The notes beneath the pieces are model-generated. The model saw nothing but the letters and a program-made list of their open reading frames with translations, searched no databases and was not told the DNA's origin. The position numbers and the translations under genes were made by a program. Positions 1 through 20,200 of a stretch of 64,000 nucleotides of DNA are shown in pieces. Origin of the DNA: Gemmatimonadales bacterium (lineage in GTDB: Bacteria; Gemmatimonadota; Gemmatimonadetes; Gemmatimonadales; GWC2-71-9); NCBI GenBank assembly GCA_037189525.1, contig JBBCJC010000002.1:832001-896000 (forward strand), written 5' to 3'. Positions within the stretch are counted from its first letter, which is position 1. Every line of letters starts with the position of its first letter.

Positions 1-1
1 C

Positions 2-6813
<6,812 letters not shown>

Positions 6814-6817
<4 letters not shown>

Positions 6818-9800
6818 ACGACTTCCTGGATCGGGTCGGCCAGCTATCGCCCAAGCGCCTGGCGCTCCTGGCGCTGGAGCTCAAAGAGCAGGTCGATGCG
6901 CAGCGGAGTCCCATCGCGGTGGTTGGAATCGGCTGCCGATTCCCCGGCGGCGCGGATTCGCCCGATGCGTATTGGTCGCTGCTCGAGCAGGGACGTGACG
7001 TGACACGTCCCCTGCCTCGGGATCGATGGAACTCCGAGGCCTGGTATGACCCTGATCCCACCGTTCCCGGACGGATCGGCGCTCGGCACGGCGGGTATCT
7101 CGACGAGATCTTCGATTTCGACCCCGCTTTCTTCGGTATTTCGCCGCGCGAAGCGGTCACCATGGATCCGCAGCAGCGTTTGCTGCTCGAGGTGGCTTGG
7201 GAAGCGCTCGAAGATGCCGGAATCGCGCCGGAGCGCTTGGCGGGCACGCCGACCGGTGTCTTCGTCGGGCTCTGTAACAACGATCATATGTACCGGGTGC
7301 TGGGCCAGGGACGCGATCGGCTGGATGCGTATGTGGCGTCCGGCAACGCGCCCAGTGTCGCGGCCGGTCGGATCAGCTATGTCCTGGGGTTCCGCGGTCC
7401 CGCGCTGACGGTCGACACCGCATGTTCATCGTCGCTGGTGTCGCTCCACCTGGCCTGCCGGAGCCTGCGCAGCGGTGAAAGCCGAGTCGCGCTGGCGGCG
7501 GGTGTCAACGTCATCTGTACTCCTGAGCCCAGCGTGGCGCTGACGAAGTCGCAGATGCTGGCGCCCGACGGCCGGTGCAAGACGTTCGATGCCGCCGCCG
7601 ACGGGTTTGCGCGTGGTGAGGGATGTGGTGTCTTGGTCCTCAAGCGGCTGGAAGACGCCGAGGCCGACGGAGACCGGATTCTGGCGGTCATCCGCGGCAC
7701 GGCCATCAACCAGGACGGCCGGAGTGGCGGGCTGACCGTGCCGAACGGCCCTGCGCAGGAGGCGGTCATTCGGGCGGCGCTGGCCGATGCCGGTGTCGAT
7801 CCTGCCGAAGTCGACTACATCGAAGCACACGGCACCGGCACCGTACTCGGTGATCCGATCGAGATTCGCGCCATCGGCGCCTCCCTTGGCAAGGGACGTG
7901 ATCGGAATCGTCCGGTGCTGGTGGGTTCCGTCAAGACCAACATGGGGCACCTCGAGTCGGCTGCGGGGGTGGCGGGTGTCATCAAGACCGTGCTCGCGCT
8001 GGCGCATGAACGGATTCCGTCGCATCTCCATTTCAAGACACCGAACCCGCACATCGAATGGGGCTCGATTCCCGTCGAGGTTGTCGCAGCGGGTCGGGCC
8101 TGGCCCCGAACGGAACGCCCTCGCTACGCCGGCGTCAGTTCGTTCGGGTTCAGCGGGACCAACGCGCATATCGTCATCGGAGAGGCGCCGTCCGATTCGG
8201 CTGCTCGCGGTCCAGCCGCGGAACGGATCGTCGTTCCGGTATCGGGGCAGAGCGAGCAGGCTCTTCGTCGGCTCGCGCGTTCTTACCGCGACGTTCTCGA
8301 TGACGAGGTGTCTGCTGCCGACCTGGCGCGGACGGCGGCGCTTGGTCGTTCGCACCTGACCCATCGTGCGGCGGTCGTCGTCTCCGGTGACGCTGAGGCT
8401 CGGAGCGCGCTCGAGCACCTGGCTGCGGGTACGCCGGATGCGCGAATCGCGCTGGGGCAGGCGATTCCGGGCCAGATGCTGGAGCCCGTCTTTCTCTTTA
8501 CCGGGCAGGGCTCGCAGTATCCGGGAATGGCCAAGGCGGTTTATGACGCATCACCGGTATTCCGCGAGGTGATCGACCGGGCCGATCAGTTGCTTGGCCC
8601 GGATCGTCTGGGCCGGACGCTCAAGGCTGTTCTTTGGTCGGATGCCTCGGCTGCGTCAGAGTCAGCGCCGATTCACGAGACCGACTGGACTCAGCCAGCG
8701 CTCTTCGCGGTCGAGTACGGGTTCGCCGCGCTATGGCAGTCGTGGGGCATCGTTCCGGCTGCGGTCATCGGCCATTCGGTCGGCGAGTATGTCGCCGCGT
8801 GCGTGGCTGGCGTCTTCTCGTTCGAAGACGGCCTCCGACTGATCGCGGAACGCGGGCGAATCATGCATGCGCTTCCGCCCGGGGGAACCATGGCCGCGGT
8901 GTTTGCGCCGCAGTCCATGGTGACTGAAGTGATTCAGCCCTGGCGGGATCGCCTCGCCATCGCCGCGGTCAACGCGGACGACAGCGTCGTGATTTCCGGG
9001 GCGACCGATGCCGTGGATGCCGCGCTGGCTGCGCTCCAGGCGCGGCAGGTCGAAGGGCATCGCCTCTATATCTCGCTGGCAGCGCATTCGCCGCTGACGG
9101 AACCGATCCTGGATGCCATGGAAGGGGCCGCGGCCAAGGTCCCGATGGTGGCGCCTCGGATTCCGGTGGCGTGGAACCTGACCGGTGGTGCGCTCGGAGC
9201 CGGCGCCGTGCCGGATGCGCGATACTGGCGGCGCCACCTGCGCGAATCGGTCCGTTTTGCCGACGGTCTGCGCTGGTTGTATGGCCAGGGTTTCCGGACC
9301 TTCCTGGAAGTAGGCCCGCATCCGACGCTCACGGCGCTGGCGGCCCGGACTCTGCCGGAAAGCGACACCTTGCTGGTCGGGTCGATTCGTCGCGGCAAGG
9401 ACGACTGGACTGAGCTCTACACCAGTCTGGCGACGCTGTATGCTCGCGGCGGCCGAATCGACTGGGAAGCCGTGTCGGCGTCTTGGGGCGGCCATCGGGT
9501 TCGGATGCCGACCTATCCGTTCGAACGCCGCCGCTTTGCCGTGGCCAGTCCGACCGGCTCCCGCAATGACGGAGAGACGGTTTCGTTAGGCGCGCTGCCG
9601 CCGTTCCGCCGGCTCGACACTCCCGACCCGATCATCGAGTTCCGGTTGACACCGGACACGCCTGCATGGCTCGGCGATCACCGAGTGTTCGGTCGGATCA
9701 TTGCGCCGGGGCCGTTGCTGATCGAAGCGGCGCAGATTGCTCATGTCGCGGTGTATGGCAAGGCGGCTGGTGCCGTCGAACGGTTCGTGATTCGCGGCGC

Positions 9801-12800
9801 TCTCGAAGTGGGTGACGAGGGCGTCAGCCTTCAGGTCGGCCTGACCGAAGCTGGTGATCATACCAGTTTCCGAATCCACGCCAAGGCAGCCGGCCGTGAT
9901 GCGTGGCAACTGATCGGCGAGGGCCAGCTCCGGTCGGCGGCGAGTACGGCGGAACCCACAACCGCTCCGTTGGGCGCGGTGCAATCGACGGCGACGGGCG
10001 CCGACTTCTATGATCGGCTTCGGAGTCTCGGCATCGATCTAGGCCCGGCGTTCCAGGGGCTGACTGCAATTCGGCGGATGGAACATGGCGCGATCGTCGA
10101 TCTCGACTTGCCGTTCGATGCCGAACGTGCAGCCGGCGGTGGGCACCCGACCCAGCTCGATGCCGTGCTCCAGGCGGTGGGAGCCGCGCTCGATACCGGT
10201 TCGAGCGAAGCGGCGCTGCTGGTCGGAGTCGATCGCATTGCGCTGACCGGACCGTTGCCCCGTCAGCTTCGGTGCCTGGTTCAGGTCCGGCCGCAACCCG
10301 ATGCCGATACCTGGCGTGCCGATGTCGCCCTGGAAAGCCCGAGCGGCGCGCACTGCGGCGTGGTCGAAGGTGTCACCCTTCGGCGTGCCTCTCCGGCCGC
10401 GCCGTCATCGGCGGCGGAGCAGTTGGGCTTTTACCGCGTGGCCTGGCATCCGGTCGCCGGCGCGGCCGAACTGCCCGATCCGAAGGGTGTCGTCGGCCCG
10501 TTGCTCAACGGATTCGGAGCGCGCGCGGAGCGGCACGGTCTGCGCAGCTACGATCAGGTACTGCCTCGGCTCGATCAGCTGTCGCTGCACTATATCCTCA
10601 CGGCGCTGACCGAACTCGGCTTCGACGATACACCGGGTCGCGTGGTGCAGCTTCGTCGGGAGTGTGATCAGCTGCGGATTGCCCCGCAGCACGATCGCCT
10701 CTTCGACCGGCTGCTCGATATTCTGGAAGAGGAAGGGTACCTCGTAAGTCAGGCGGGCGCGCGCAGTGTTGCTCGGCGGCTGCCCGAGACCGGATCGCTC
10801 GAGCCGTGGCCCACTGCTACGGGATGGCCCGACGGAGAGTATCGCGTGCTCGCCAGGTGCGGGCCCTCGCTGGCCCGCGTCCTCCGCGGCGAGGTGGACC
10901 CGCTGCATCTGCTCTTTCCGGGCGGATCGTTTGCGGAAGCGCGGACGTTGTATGTCGAATCGGCCTTTGCGCAGACCTACAACGGGGTGGTTGCCGACGC
11001 GGTCCGGCGCCTGGCCGAGGCCTCGCCCGATCGCCCGCTGCGCATTCTGGAAATCGGGGCCGGCACCGGAGGAACCACGACATACGTGCTTCCGGCGCTT
11101 CCGTCCGGTCCGGTCGACTACACCTTCACGGATGTCTCTCCGCTGTTTCTCGAACGAGCCCAGGAGGCGTTCGGGGAGCGGCCCGGTTTCCAGACCGCGT
11201 TGCTCGATATCGAACGTGATCCCGCCGAACAGGGTTTCGAGACCGGAAGCTACGATCTCGTCATCGCAGCCAACGTGCTGCATGCGACCGCCGATCTGGC
11301 TCGGGCGGTCGAGCACGCTCGTTCGCTCCTGCGACCCGGCGGCTGGTTGAGTCTGATCGAGGGCGTGGCTCCGGAGCGCTGGGTCGACCTCACGTTCGGG
11401 CTCACCGACGGTTGGTGGCGATTCACCGATCGCGAATTGCGCGCGCGCTATCCGCTCGTTTCAGTAGCGCAGTGGGAGACAGTGCTGCGGGATCGCGGGT
11501 TTGCGTCCTCGATGGCCGTTCCCGGTCCTGATGCGACAAGCCGAGCCGCTCGTCAGCAGGCGATTCTCTTTGCCCAGGCGCGCCCGAACGCAGCATCTCG
11601 TGCCTGGACCGTGGTCGGCGCGCGGACCGAACTGGTCGACCGTCTATCCGCGCGCCTCACCGCCCGCGGTGATACGGTGACGGTTCTCGGTGCGGACACC
11701 GATCCGACGGCGTGGACCGCTGCGGGCGGCGACCTGATCTACCTCGATGCGCTCGCGCTCGTCGGTACGCCATCCACGCCGGATGCGGTTTCGGTCGAGC
11801 AGCGCGCCGGTGTCCTCCCGCTCCGCTGGCTGGCTCGCGCGACCTTGCTCGGCGCCAATCGCGTCTGGTTCGTAACGTCCGGTACGCAGGCCGTGCGTGC
11901 CGCGGCAGACGTCGTCAATCCGAGCCAAGCGCCTATCTGGGGGCTGGGACGAGCATTTGCCCTGGAAGAGCCCGAACGCTGGGGTGGAGAGATCGATCTG
12001 GCCTCCGAAAGCTCTGCCGAGGAAGCGGCGCTGCAGATCGTGACCGCGATAGCCGCCGAAGACGGCGAAGATCAGACAGCCTGGCGCGATGGCCGGCGCT
12101 ACATGGCGCGGCTCGAGCGGGTTCCGGAGCCTGAGGCATCGCCGGTCCGGGTTGATCGTTCGGGTGCGTACCTGGTCACGGGCGGTTTCGGCGGGCTAGG
12201 CCTCCTCGTCGGCCGATGGCTTGCCGAGCAAGGGGCCGGTGTGGTTGCGCTGCTCGGTCGCAATCCGGACCTGTCGCTCGACGGTGTTCGGGCCATTGAG
12301 GCGCTGGGCACTCGGGTCGTAGGCATTCGCGGCGACGTGAGTGACCCGGCCGCGGTGGCGGAAGCCATATCGCGATTCGGAGCCGATTTGCCTCAGTTGC
12401 GCGGTATCGTGCACACCGCGGCGGCTTTGTCGACCGGTCGAGTCGGCGACCTCGATGAAGCAACCATCGTTGCCATGTACCGGGCCAAGGTTGCCGGCAC
12501 GCTCGCGCTGGCCGATGCGCTTCGGGGACGCCCACTCGACTTCGCCGTGTTGTTCTCGTCCTCGACGGCGTTGTTGGGCGCGGGGGGCTTTGCGCACTAC
12601 GCGGGCGCCAATCAGTTCCTGGATGCCTATGCGCAGTCGCAAACGTCGTCACCTGCGCACTGGGTGGCCATCGATTGGGGCACTTGGGAGGTCATGCGGC
12701 TCGCGTCCGCCGATGCGCAGCGCGACTACCGCCGTTCGGGCCTCTTGCCGATGCGCGCCGAGGCGGCGCTCGACGCCATGGCACGGTTGGCGGGTCAGGG

Positions 12801-13362
12801 CGATCCGCAGACGATGGTCGCGAGTATCGATTGGTCTGTTCTGCGTCCCTTGCATGAGGCCCGTCGCACCCGTCCCTTGCTCGCGGCGCTGGTCACCCGC
12901 GCGGTCGCTCCAACGCCGGGCACACGGACGGCCGTGTCGGCGCGAGTCTCGCTCGAGGACCAGCTGAATCTGGCGCAGGGTTTGTCGCGTCGGGATGTCA
13001 TCCTGCGGTTCGTATCGGGCGAAGTCGCCGGGGTTCTCGGCCTGGAGGCTGGAGCGTTCGTTTCTCCGGCCGTCGGTCTGTTCGAACTGGGCATGGACTC
13101 GCTGATGTCGGTGGAACTGAAACGGCGGCTGGAACAGGGCACCGGGCGTACTCTGCCGTCGACCCTGACGTTCAACTATCCGAACGTCGGGGCGCTGACC
13201 GGGTTTCTGGAACAGCTCTTTCCCGAGCAAGCGCCGGATCCGATCGCCAATCCGTCGAATCGTGTTGGGCAATCTGGGCCGCCGGAATCGCAGCCCGATG
13301 CGAATGAGGACGTCGATGACATCGCCGCCCGGCTCCGCGCGGCGCTGGAGGATATCGGCTGA
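6814..13362 (+). CDS. Type I PKS, single module KS-AT-DH-cMT-KR-ACP (no ER)
   Basis: KS DTACSSS/EAHGTGT/NMGHLE; AT GHSVG...ISLAAHS; DH HRVFGRIIAP; MT LEIGAGTGG; KR TGGFGGLG; ACP LGMDSL; ATGA overlap with upstream PKS and GGAGG upstream. Confidence 0.96.
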
Positions 13363-14264
13363 TGCCGGCGAGCCGGGTCGAACGATCGCTGGTAACGCGG
13401 TTAGGCGCGGGGCGCACCGCCGTTCTCGCCATGGCGATTGCCATGGTGGGATGGGTGGCGGTGGAGGCCGCGGGCGTAGCCGTGATTGCCAGGATTCCGG
13501 CCCTGCAGCTGATCTGGTCCCGGTATCTCGTCCATCTGCTGTTCATGGCGGTGTTCGTCATCCCCCGGGTGGGGACCGGATGCCTCCGAACCCGCCACCC
13601 GTTCGTCCAGATCGGCCGATCGCTGCTCATGCTCGGCATGCCGGCGGCCTGGCTTGCCGCGGCCGATCGGCTCAGTCTGAGCACGGTGATGGGCATCTTC
13701 TGGCTGACCCCGATCGTGGCCATGGTCGGTGCGCTGATCTTCCTGCGCGAGCGTGTAACGGTTAGCCAGATTGCCATCGCCGGGGTCGGGTACGCAGCGA
13801 CCGTTGCGATCCTTCGGCCCGCCTTTCCAGGGGATCTCCTCGGCGTGCTACTGGTCGGGGCGATGCTCGGCTGCTTCGCGGGGTACATCGTGCTGACCCG
13901 GTGGCTCCGGCGCGAGCCGACGGAGACCAATCTGTTCTATACGGCGCTGGGTGTCTTTGTCGCCATGCTCGTGTTCATTCCCTCGATCTGGCAACCGGTG
14001 CCCACCGAGTTGTGGCTCCCGATCGTCGCGATCGGCCTGCTGGGGTACCTCGTGCTGCATCAGCTCGATCGCGCGCTTCACCTCGCCCCGGTGGCATTCG
14101 TGGCGCCGGTGGTGTTCCTTCAGCCGCTGCTCGAGGTCATGGTCCGCGCCGGGAAGAACCCGGGCGCGCTGATTCTGCGACAATGGGTCGGTTTTGCGAT
14201 GCTCCTGGCGGTCGGATTCGTGGTGCTGCGTCTGGCGCGAGATGTGCGCGAGGAGGCCGTATGA
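13362..14264 (+). CDS. DMT/EamA family transporter
   Basis: About 10 hydrophobic segments in 300 aa; motifs [13 protein letters not shown] and IFLRERV typical of EamA; TGATG overlap with PKS2 and ATGA overlap with PKS3. Confidence 0.85.
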   Translation: MPASRVERSLVTRLGAGRTAVLAMAIAMVGWVAVEAAGVAVIARIPALQLIWSRYLVHLLFMAVFVIPRVGTGCLRTRHPFVQIGRSLLMLGMPAAWLAAADRLSLSTVMGIFWLTPIVAMVGALIFLRERVTVSQIAIAGVGYAATVAILRPAFPGDLLGVLLVGAMLGCFAGYIVLTRWLRREPTETNLFYTALGVFVAMLVFIPSIWQPVPTELWLPIVAIGLLGYLVLHQLDRALHLAPVAFVAPVVFLQPLLEVMVRAGKNPGALILRQWVGFAMLLAVGFVVLRLARDVREEAV

Positions 14265-17200
14265 CCGATTCCAGCCATCGCGAGCTTCTGAAGGAGTCGC
14301 TGGCGGCCATCGACCGGCTCAAGGCGCGGCTCGCCGCAGCTGAGGAGGCCCGGCGCGAGCCGATTGCGATCGTCGGCCTGGGCTGCCGGTATCCAGGCGC
14401 CGATTCCCCGGCGGCGCTCTGGACCCTGCTCGACGAGGGCCGCGACGCCGTATGCGAGGTGCCCGCGGACCGGTGGGACGGCGATGCGCTCTACGATCCC
14501 GATCCGAAGGCGCCCGGCAAGTCCATCACCAAGCGAGGCGGCTTCATCGGTCGGGTGGACGGTTTTGACGCCGGGTTCTTCGGCATTAGCCCTCGCGAGG
14601 CCGCCACGCTCGATCCGCAGCAGCGGCTGCTGCTCGAAGTCGCCTGGGAAACGCTCGAGGATGCCGGGATCGCTCCGGACTCGCTCGGTGCGACGTCGAC
14701 CGGCGTCTATGTCGGCATCACTACCAGTGACTACGCCCAGCGTCTCAAACTCGGCACGGCATCGGATTCGGATGTCTACGCAGCCACCGGCAACGCTCTC
14801 AACGCGGCGGCCGGCCGGGTTGCGTTCGTGCTCGGTTTGCAGGGGCCGTGCCTCGCTATCGATACGGCGTGCTCGTCGTCGCTCGTGGCGGTCCACCAGG
14901 CCTGTCAGGCGCTGCGGGCCGGTGAATGCGACCTTGCGCTTGCGGGCGGCGTCAACGTGATGCTCTCATCGGCGCCATTCGTGCTTTTTTCCAAGTGGGG
15001 CATGCTCGCTCCGGACGGACGCTGCAAGGCGTTCGACGCCGAGGCCGATGGGATGGTGCGCGCCGAGGGGTGCGGTATGATCGCGCTCAAGCGGCTGAGC
15101 GACGCCCAGGCCGCGGGAGATACCGTCCTGGCGGTGATTCGTGGCTCGGCCGTCAACCACGACGGGCGGAGCAGCGGCCTCACGGTCCCGAACGGCCCTG
15201 CGCAGCAGGCAGTGATCCGGCGAGCCTTGGCGGCAGCCGGCGTCGACCCGGCCGACATCGATTACGTCGAGACGCACGGCACCGGTACCCCGCTCGGCGA
15301 TCCGATCGAAGCCGAAGCGCTGGGCGAGGCTTTGCGCCCCGGGCGTCCCGCCGATCGTCCGGCGCTGATCGGGTCGATCAAGACGAACATCGGGCATACC
15401 GAGTCGGCATCGGGGTTGGCGGGACTGCTCAAGGTGGTGTTGGCATTGCGACACCAGCGGATTCCGGCGCAACTGCATTTCCGGACGCCCAGCCCGCGGA
15501 TTCCGTGGAGTACCTTGCCGCTGGCCGTTGCCGCCGAGGCCAAACCATGGCCCGCCGACGGGGCTCGGCCTCGGCTGGCCGGGGTCAGTTCGTTCGGGTT
15601 CAGCGGGACCAATGCGCACGTCGTGCTGGGCGAGGCGCCTCGAGCCGGCTCGTCCGCAGCGGCGGCGCCCGATCGCCCTGCGCACCTGCTGTCCTTTTCC
15701 GCCAGGACTCCGACCGCGCTCCGCAGCACCGCGGAAGCGTATCGCGATCTCCTGGTCGACCCCAATGCGGACCTGGCGGCAATTGCGACGGCGGCTGGGA
15801 CCGGTCGGGCCAGGCTACCCGAACGTCTGGCACTGGGTGCCGTGAATGCGGCGGACGCCGGGCAACAGCTCGAGCGGTGGCTGGCGGGTGAGCTGAGTGC
15901 CGCGGTCACGGGTCGTGTCGAGGCCGGGCACGAGCCTCGGGTGGCCTGGCTCTTTACCGGGCAGGGCTCGCAGTATCTCGGGATGGGCGAGGAACTGTAT
16001 CGAACCGCGCCGGTTTTCCGCGCCGCGATCGATCGCTGCGCAGGACTGCTGGCCGCCGAGCGCGCTGAGTCGCTGACCGATGTGCTGTTCGGCCATGCCA
16101 GCCTGGCGCCCGATCTGATGGATCAGACGGGGTGGACCCAGCCTGCGCTCTTTGCTCTCGAATATGGGTTGACCGAGCTGCTGCGTTCGTGGGGACTCCG
16201 ACCCTCCGCGGTGATCGGCCACTCGATCGGTGAATTCGTCGCGGCAACCGTCGCAGGCGTGTTGCCCCTCGAATCCGCCGTGCGTCTCGTGGCGGCCCGG
16301 GCGGCGTTGATGCAATCGCTTCCGGCGGGCGGCGGGATGGCGGCGTTGGACCTCGACGAGGCGGCGGTGCGGGCGCTGCCGGAGGTCGCAACCGGCCAAC
16401 TGTCCGTGGCGGCCGTGAACGGTCCGACCAATCTGGTTGTATCGGGTCCGGCGGCAATCGTTGGCGCGGTCGCCGATCGCATTGCGGCGACGGGAGGACG
16501 AGCCACGCGGCTGACCGTATCCCATGCGTTCCACTCATCGCTGATGGATCCGGTGCTGGCGGAGTTCCGTTCGGTCGCCGCGCAGCAGCGGTTTGGACGT
16601 TCGCAGCTTCCGCTCGCCACCAACGTCACGGGCGCGCTGGCCGGTCCGGACGACCTCGATGCCGAATACTGGGTCAATCAGTTACGCGGTACGGTCCGCT
16701 TCGCCGACGGGGTCCGCACGCTGGGGACACTCGGCTGTGATGCCTTCCTGGAGATCGGGCCGCATCCGGTCCTGCTTCCAATGGCCCGGCAGAGCCTGGG
16801 CGACCGGCCCGGTGCCGCGTGGCTACCGAGCTTGCGTAAAGGCCGTGGCGCTTGGACCACGATGCTGGAAAGTATGGCCGCGTTGCTCGCACGAGGCGCC
16901 GGCTTCGATTGGACCGGCTTCGATGGGGGTGTGCGACGTGCCCGGGTCACGGTGCCTGGGACCTCATTCGAGCGGCGACCGCACTGGATCGAGGCCGGAT
17001 CGGGCGCTGCGCACGCGCCCGGGGCGCGGGATACCGGACATCCGTTGCTCGGTCATCGCATGGCCGGTCCGGGAGAGGCGGCACGGTTCGTCTCCGAAGT
17101 GTCCGTCGAGACCATACCCTTCCTGCGCGACCATGTCGTTGCCGGGCTGACGGTGTTCCCGGGCACGGGATACCTGGAGCTTGCCGCGGCCGCGATGCGC

Positions 17201-20200
17201 GCCGAGCACGGGGGCTCCCCGATTCTGGTCGACAATTTCGAGATTGCGCAGCCTCTGATTCTCCGGGAGGGCGAGCGGTCTCTGGTGCATGTCACCCTCA
17301 CGCGCGACGCAATCGGCGCCACGGCGTCGATTGCTTCGTCGTCGGGTGATACGACGCAATGGCGCGACCACGCGACCGCACGGGTTCGGGTTGGCAGTCC
17401 GGCCGCTTCCAATCAGGCCGGGCCGTTTGTTCAGGTTCGCGGTGCAGGGTCGACCACCGTCGATGTGCCCGCCTATTACGATGCCTGCGCAGCCCTCGGC
17501 CTGGAGTACGGTCCGACGTTCCGGGGTCTCGAGGCGCTGGGCTTTGGTCCCGACGGCGCGTGGGGCACGATTGCCGTTCCGTCGGACGCCGCCGACGGTA
17601 GCGCCTGGATCCTGCACCCCGCCGTACTGGATGCCTGCTTTCACGTGCTCGGCGCGCAGCTGATGCATGAAGCCCAAGGTCAGGCTCGCCGCATCTACCT
17701 CCCTGTCGGCATCGACCAGGTCGCGGTATTCGGTGCCGTCGGGCGCCGAGTGCATTGCAGTGCGCGTGTCGTCCCGGCCTCGAGCGATGCCGGGGTTCGC
17801 CAGGTCGATCTGCGTCTCGAAGATGAGCAAGGTCTGGTCGTTGCGCTGATCACCGGCCTGCGGTTACGGGCAACCGATCCGGATCAGGCGCGGCAGCTGC
17901 TCCAGGCCGAGGGAACCAAGCCCGAAGGGCTAGTGCGCAGCTGGGATCAGTTGACCGATGTCAAATCGCCGCCCCGGCTGGCGGGCCACACGGTGCTGAT
18001 CGGTGCGAGCGACGGCGTGGCCGGAATGGTGGCTATCGACTGGATGACGCGCGGCATCGGATGCGACATCATTGCCCCTCAGGAGATTGCGGGGCTGGAC
18101 CGGGCGGGGCTGGCTGCCCGTATGGCCGGTCCCGACGGCGCCGCTCCGGTCTGGGTCATCGACTGCGCGGCAACCGACCTCGATGCATGGACCGGCGGCG
18201 ACCCCGAGGCGGAATCCGCGCGGCAGTTCGAACGGTTCCTGACGGTGAGCCAGACGCTGGTGGAGGCCTATCCGTCGGCGGGGCTCGGCCTCGTGACCCG
18301 GGTCGCTCACGGCGTCGTTCCCACCGATCGTCCCGATGTCCGGCAGGCAACGCTTCTGGGTCTGGCTCGAACGGCCGCGGTCGAACGATCGGGAGCGCCA
18401 GCGTTCCGGCTCGATCTGGCATCGGACGACGATCTCAATCCTGCGGAAGCCCTGCTGCTCGCCATCGCGAGGTGTGGTGAGGATGGCGAAACGGCAGTGC
18501 GTGGCAAGCGAACGTTCGGGGACCGGCTCGATCCGTCGGTTGCGCTCGAGGGCGCGGGGCGGCGTTCGGTCCTCCGGATTCGTGAGCGCGGGGTGCTCGA
18601 GAATCTCGACGTTGCCGTCGAGAATCGCCGCCGCCCCGGGGCGGGTGAGGTCGAGATCGAGGTGCGTGCCGCTGGCCTCAACTTCCGTGATGTCCTGAAC
18701 GCGCTCGGCGCGTATCCCGGCGATGCGGGACCACTCGGCAGCGAATGCAGCGGTCTCATCGTCGCTGTCGGCGAGGGTGTCGAGGGTCTGTCTCCGGGCG
18801 ACCGGGTCGTGGCCTTTGCCTCGGAATCGATCGCCTCGCATGTGACCACCTCGGCGGAACTGGTGTTGCGTTTGCCGGATCACGTCGATTTCGATGCCGC
18901 GGTCGCGATTCCCAATGCCTACGTCACGGCCAGCTATGCGCTGGAGGCGGTGGCCGGGTTGCGCTCCGGGCAACGGGTCCTGATTCACGCGGCGGCCGGT
19001 GGAGTCGGTCTCGCGGCCGTGCGGTTGGCGCGCAGCCTCGGTGCGGAGGTGATTGCGACCGCCGGGTCGCCGGAGAAGCGAAGCCGCGTCCTGGCTGAAG
19101 GCGCGATGCGGGTCTTCGATTCCCGTTCGCCGGATTTTGCGGATGCGGTGCTCGAAGTCACCGGCGGCAAGGGTGTCGATGTCGTCCTCAACTCGCTGGC
19201 AGGCCCCTTCATTGCCGAGAGCTTCCGCGCGCTCGCGCAGGGCGGTGTGTTTCTGGAGATCGGCAAGAGCGGGATCTGGACTCCCGACGAAGCTGCCGGC
19301 CGCGCTCCGGGTGTTCGCTATGAGATCATCGATGTGGGACAGGTCATCCAGACCGACCTGCCGGTGATTCGACGCATCTTCGAGCGCGCGGTCGAGCGCG
19401 TGGCGTCTGGAGAGTGCCCGGCGCTGCCGACCGAGCCCTTTGCCCTCGACGATGCGGTCGCAGCGTTTCGTCACATGGCCATGGCCCGCCACGTCGGGAA
19501 GATCGTCCTGCATCCCAAACGCAGCGTGACGATCCGCGGTGACGCGACCTATCTCGTCACGGGCGCATTCGGCGGGCTCGGTTGGGCAATGGCCGAATGG
19601 CTCGTGGACAATGGCGCCCGACATCTGGTGCTGGTCGGTCGGCGGGGTGGAGCAGGGCACGAGGTCGAGATCGGAGCACTGGTGGCGCAGGGCGTGACCG
19701 TCCATGCGGTGGCTGCGGATGTCGGAAGCCGGGCAGCCGTTGCGCGCATCTGGCAGGATGTGCTGACCAGGACGCCGCCGCTCCGCGGGATCGTGCATGC
19801 GGCCGGCGTGGTGGACGACGCATTGCTTCCGTTGCAATCTCGAGAGCGCTACGACACCGTTGCGGGCCCCAAGTCGATTGCGGCGTGGCACCTTCATGAC
19901 GCCTCACGCGGCAACGAATTGGACTTCTTCGCGCTCTTCTCTTCGGCGTCGGCTGCGATGGGAGCGCCCGGGCAAGCCAACTACGCCGCGGCCAATGCGT
20001 CGCTCGACACGCTGGCGAGCTGGCGGAGGCGTGAGGGTCATCCGGCCACCAGCATTGCCTGGGGTCCATGGGCTGAAGTCGGAATGGCCGCGCGAGTAGA
20101 CGAATCGGCGCGACGCCGGTGGGCCGAGATCGGTCTGACGCCGATTACGCCCGAGGTGGGTCGCGCTGCGTTCGGTGCAATCCTGGCAGCCGATACGGAG

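Noticed and set aside
13901..14260. N-terminal extension of PKS3 (also 20601-20720 for PKS4, 35971-37149 for the esterase, 36747-37667 for the methyltransferase, 58244-58492 for the amidohydrolase)
   Set aside because: These overlap real neighbouring genes; better starts with SD sequences or coupling exist downstream
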